This document shows, in pieces, positions 61,341-64,000 of a stretch of DNA of 64,000 nt. Source of the stretch: an uncultured Desulfobacter sp. GTDB lineage: Bacteria; Desulfobacterota; Desulfobacteria; Desulfobacterales; Desulfobacteraceae. Under the pieces are notes generated by a model. The model was given only the letters and a program-made list of their open reading frames with translations, was not told the origin of the DNA and did no database searches. The number at the start of each line of letters is the position of its first letter. Positions within the stretch are counted from its first letter, which is position 1. The stretch lies in the NCBI GenBank assembly GCA_963665095.1, contig OY762069.1:1920001-1984000 (forward strand). The letters are read 5' to 3'. The position numbers and the translations under genes are program-made.

Positions 61341-62300
61341 ATGGCAACACCTGTGCTCAAAGAGATCGACTCGGCTGAAATCGTTGTACTAACGGACAAT
61401 TACTCCGACCTGTTCCTGACCGATACACCCCAGGCAAAACGAATGCTTGCCCCACCCCCCCTTGCCCCGATGAGCGAACCGGGCTTGTCCATTCTTATCA
61501 AGACAACATCGGGAAAGGATTCGCACACTATACTCCTGGACACCGGCATATCCGGGACCTGCCTTCTGCATAACGCCCGGGTGTTGCCCAACAGCATCCC
61601 GGCAATGACAGGCGCGGTTAAGGCCCGGCTGGAAGACATTGAATCTATTGTTTTAAGCCACGGACATTTCGATCATTATGGCGGATTGATACCTCTCTTA
61701 GAAGAGACAAAAAAATCATTTCCGGTATATCTGCACCCGGATGCCTTTGTTCCCCGGCGAGTTGCCGTTACACCGGAGTTTGCTGTACCACTTCCGGCAA
61801 TGGATGAGGCAGCCGCCCGGAAAGCAGGCGCTGAATTTATTAAAAACAAAGGACCGGTCAGCGTGGCCGCCGATTCAGTTCTGCTGTCAGGAGAAGTGCA
61901 GCGCCAGGTGGATTTTGAACAGGGCATGCCCAATACCCAGGCTCAAATCAACGGGGAATGGGTGACGGATCCTTTTCTCGATGACCAGGGGCTGGCCATT
62001 CATATCAAAGGGAAAGGCCTTGTCATCATAGGCGGATGTTCCCATTCAGGGATCATCAACACCATAAAACATTTTCAGCAGATCACAGGCGTCACCGCCA
62101 TTCATGCGGTAATGGGCGGTTTCCATCTTGCCGGAGAAAATGAAAAAATCATTGATCCCACCATCCACGAGATGAAAACATTTAATCTGGATTTTATTAT
62201 CCCCATGCACTGTACCGGATGGAACGCCATTAACCAGTTCTCCAAAGAGATGCCGGACCAGTTTATTTTAAACGGCGTTGGGACAACGTACATTTTTTAA
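61341..62300 (+). CDS. metallo-beta-lactamase-fold hydrolase
   Basis: LSHGHFDHYGG, DDQ, GCSHSG, GGFHL, PMHCTG. Confidence 0.88.
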   Translation: MATPVLKEIDSAEIVVLTDNYSDLFLTDTPQAKRMLAPPPLAPMSEPGLSILIKTTSGKDSHTILLDTGISGTCLLHNARVLPNSIPAMTGAVKARLEDIESIVLSHGHFDHYGGLIPLLEETKKSFPVYLHPDAFVPRRVAVTPEFAVPLPAMDEAAARKAGAEFIKNKGPVSVAADSVLLSGEVQRQVDFEQGMPNTQAQINGEWVTDPFLDDQGLAIHIKGKGLVIIGGCSHSGIINTIKHFQQITGVTAIHAVMGGFHLAGENEKIIDPTIHEMKTFNLDFIIPMHCTGWNAINQFSKEMPDQFILNGVGTTYIF

Positions 62301-62398
62301 TTCATTTTTCCTCGAATTCGGGGGATATAATCCCTATCCCCCGAACTTATATTTGTTATGAAACATATTCATTCAGGGCAATCCTATGTAAAATAAAA

Positions 62399-63473
62399 TG
62401 TAACTATTCAGCAAAAAAAATGCATTTGATGTTATTTTTTCCTTGACAGGGGTTTTGGCGATAAATTTGAATTTTCGGTTTCATATACAAAACCCTTCAT
62501 TGGGGAGGGTTATAACGGATATCATTAGATCCACTGGTTTTTAGCCGACAGATGCATGGCCAGCCATATCCAAAATTTAAAAATGCGTTAAAACGCCTTT
62601 ATGTTCGAAAAAAATTACCTCAAAAACCTGTGTTATAATCTCTTCATTCAAATGACCCTGGCGTTTCCCCTGCTTTGAAAAGCACCATAGAGATGTTGCT
62701 GGTATTAATCATTCTTATGATGAATCAACTGGGCCTCAACAGTCGTAACAGCAGCAAACCTCCTTCAACAGACCCTAACCGGGACAAGAAAAAGAAACCA
62801 ACGGGAGACCGCAAAGTTGGAGGACAAAAAGGACATACCGGCACTACTCTGCAACAATTTGATTCCCCGGATTTTATTGAAGATATCCCTTTGGACAGAA
62901 AAACTCTGCCGGAAGGGATGTACAAAGATGCAGGGTTTGAATCCAGACAGGGTGTCGATATTGATATTTCACGGATAGTAACCGAATACAGGGCACAAAT
63001 TCTTGAAGATGCCAATGGGAAAAAGTTCACGGCTCCATTCCTTGAAGGAGTCACCCGCCCGGTGCAATATGGCCTTAATGTGAAAGTCCATTCAGTCTAT
63101 ATGTCACAGTACCAATTGGTTCCGTATAAACGGATTGAAGAAGATTTTCAGGATCAGGTAAAGATTCCTCATTTCAAGGGGGTTCTTTGCCATGATCATT
63201 GGAAACCATATTTCAAATTAGACTGCCAGCATGCCCTGTGTAATGCTCATCACCTCAGAGAACTGGAAAGAGCCTGGGAACAGGACAAACAATCATGGGC
63301 CTATCACCTATCAACTTGCAAAAAGCATGGAATAAGAGCAACCGAAGCGTTACGCTTATTGTTCCAAGGCAAACTGCCGGATTTTATAGCTGAGTGATTC
63401 TTTTGCTTGTCAAAAAGAAAAAAGATTGTATCCCATTAAGTAATCTTGATGTTCATTGAACTGAATAGTTACA
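62399..63473 (+). mobile_element. internally deleted IS66-family element
   Basis: 13-bp IR TGTAACTATTCAG / CTGAATAGTTACA; ORF joins NSRNSSKPPSTD, GGQKGH.G, HDHWKPY and CNAHHLREL pieces; no TSD. Confidence 0.8.
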
Positions 63474-63658
63474 GTCTGCGATGGTTGAGGAAATTACTAC
63501 AATATCATTGGAGAGTTCCGATCCTGAATGATTTATCACAGACTGAAGACATTCATTAGTTTGACTGAATCAGCCTAAACATATAATATGAATCATGTCC
63601 ATCCACCTACAAGGCTGTTATCTCACCGGACTGAAATCGTAAATAACAACAAGGGGAG

Positions 63659-63952
63659 ATGAGTATGGCTATCAAAGTATTAATCAGGCGTAAAATGTCT
63701 CAGGCAGTCGAGCAGGAACTGTCAACCCTGCTCAGAGAACTCAGGGTGTTAACCACCGGCAGGAAGGGCTATATTTCAGGAGAGACCTTCTTTCGCTGTG
63801 ACCGGGAAGGGGAAAGTCTGGTGATCAGCACCTGGCAGTCGGCTGACGACTGGAGACAGTGGGTACTTTCCGGGGAACGTCAGGCACTACAGAAAAAAAT
63901 TGATACGCTCTTAGGCGAAGAGACAATCTATGAGATATATGAATACTCATAA
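63659..63952 (+). CDS. antibiotic biosynthesis monooxygenase (ABM) family protein
   Basis: GYISGET, VISTWQS..DW..W; GGGGAG RBS. Confidence 0.8.
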   Translation: MSMAIKVLIRRKMSQAVEQELSTLLRELRVLTTGRKGYISGETFFRCDREGESLVISTWQSADDWRQWVLSGERQALQKKIDTLLGEETIYEIYEYS

Positions 63953-64000
63953 AAGCCCTATCTGCCCCGGAACTGGTCCGGATCAATGGCATACCGTTTC

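Noticed and set aside
1..64000. CRISPR array, tRNA or rRNA genes
   Set aside because: No regularly spaced direct repeats, cloverleaf or rRNA-like sequence was seen by eye.

Overview
Chromosomal window from an anaerobic deltaproteobacterium, most likely a sulfate reducer of the Desulfobacteraceae (inferred from gene content and codon style, not from a marker gene). Positions 1-40 kb and 57-64 kb are ordinary metabolic and housekeeping DNA: a 2-hydroxyacyl-CoA dehydratase operon, a Csd4-like peptidoglycan carboxypeptidase, rsmE, prfC, a tetraheme cytochrome c paired with a heme-c chemoreceptor, a TonB/FmdE operon, an xsc-containing organosulfonate cluster, ugd, DUF2760-Hsp70, comEA, sirtuins, and a DAHP synthase-prephenate dehydratase fusion with a Phe-rich leader-peptide attenuator. 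Positions ~41-57 kb are a nested pile of mobile elements. It holds two complete, mutually divergent three-gene transposons (Zn-ribbon protein, DDE integrase, ExeA-like AAA ATPase) with TG..CA ends and exact target duplications. It also holds an IS4, a split IS200/IS605 and several remnants. The most notable signal is a ~180-nt structured segment with compensatory base changes near the right end of both three-gene transposons, a candidate transposon-encoded ncRNA. No rRNA, tRNA or CRISPR array was seen. All calls come from reading the sequence; no database searches were run.
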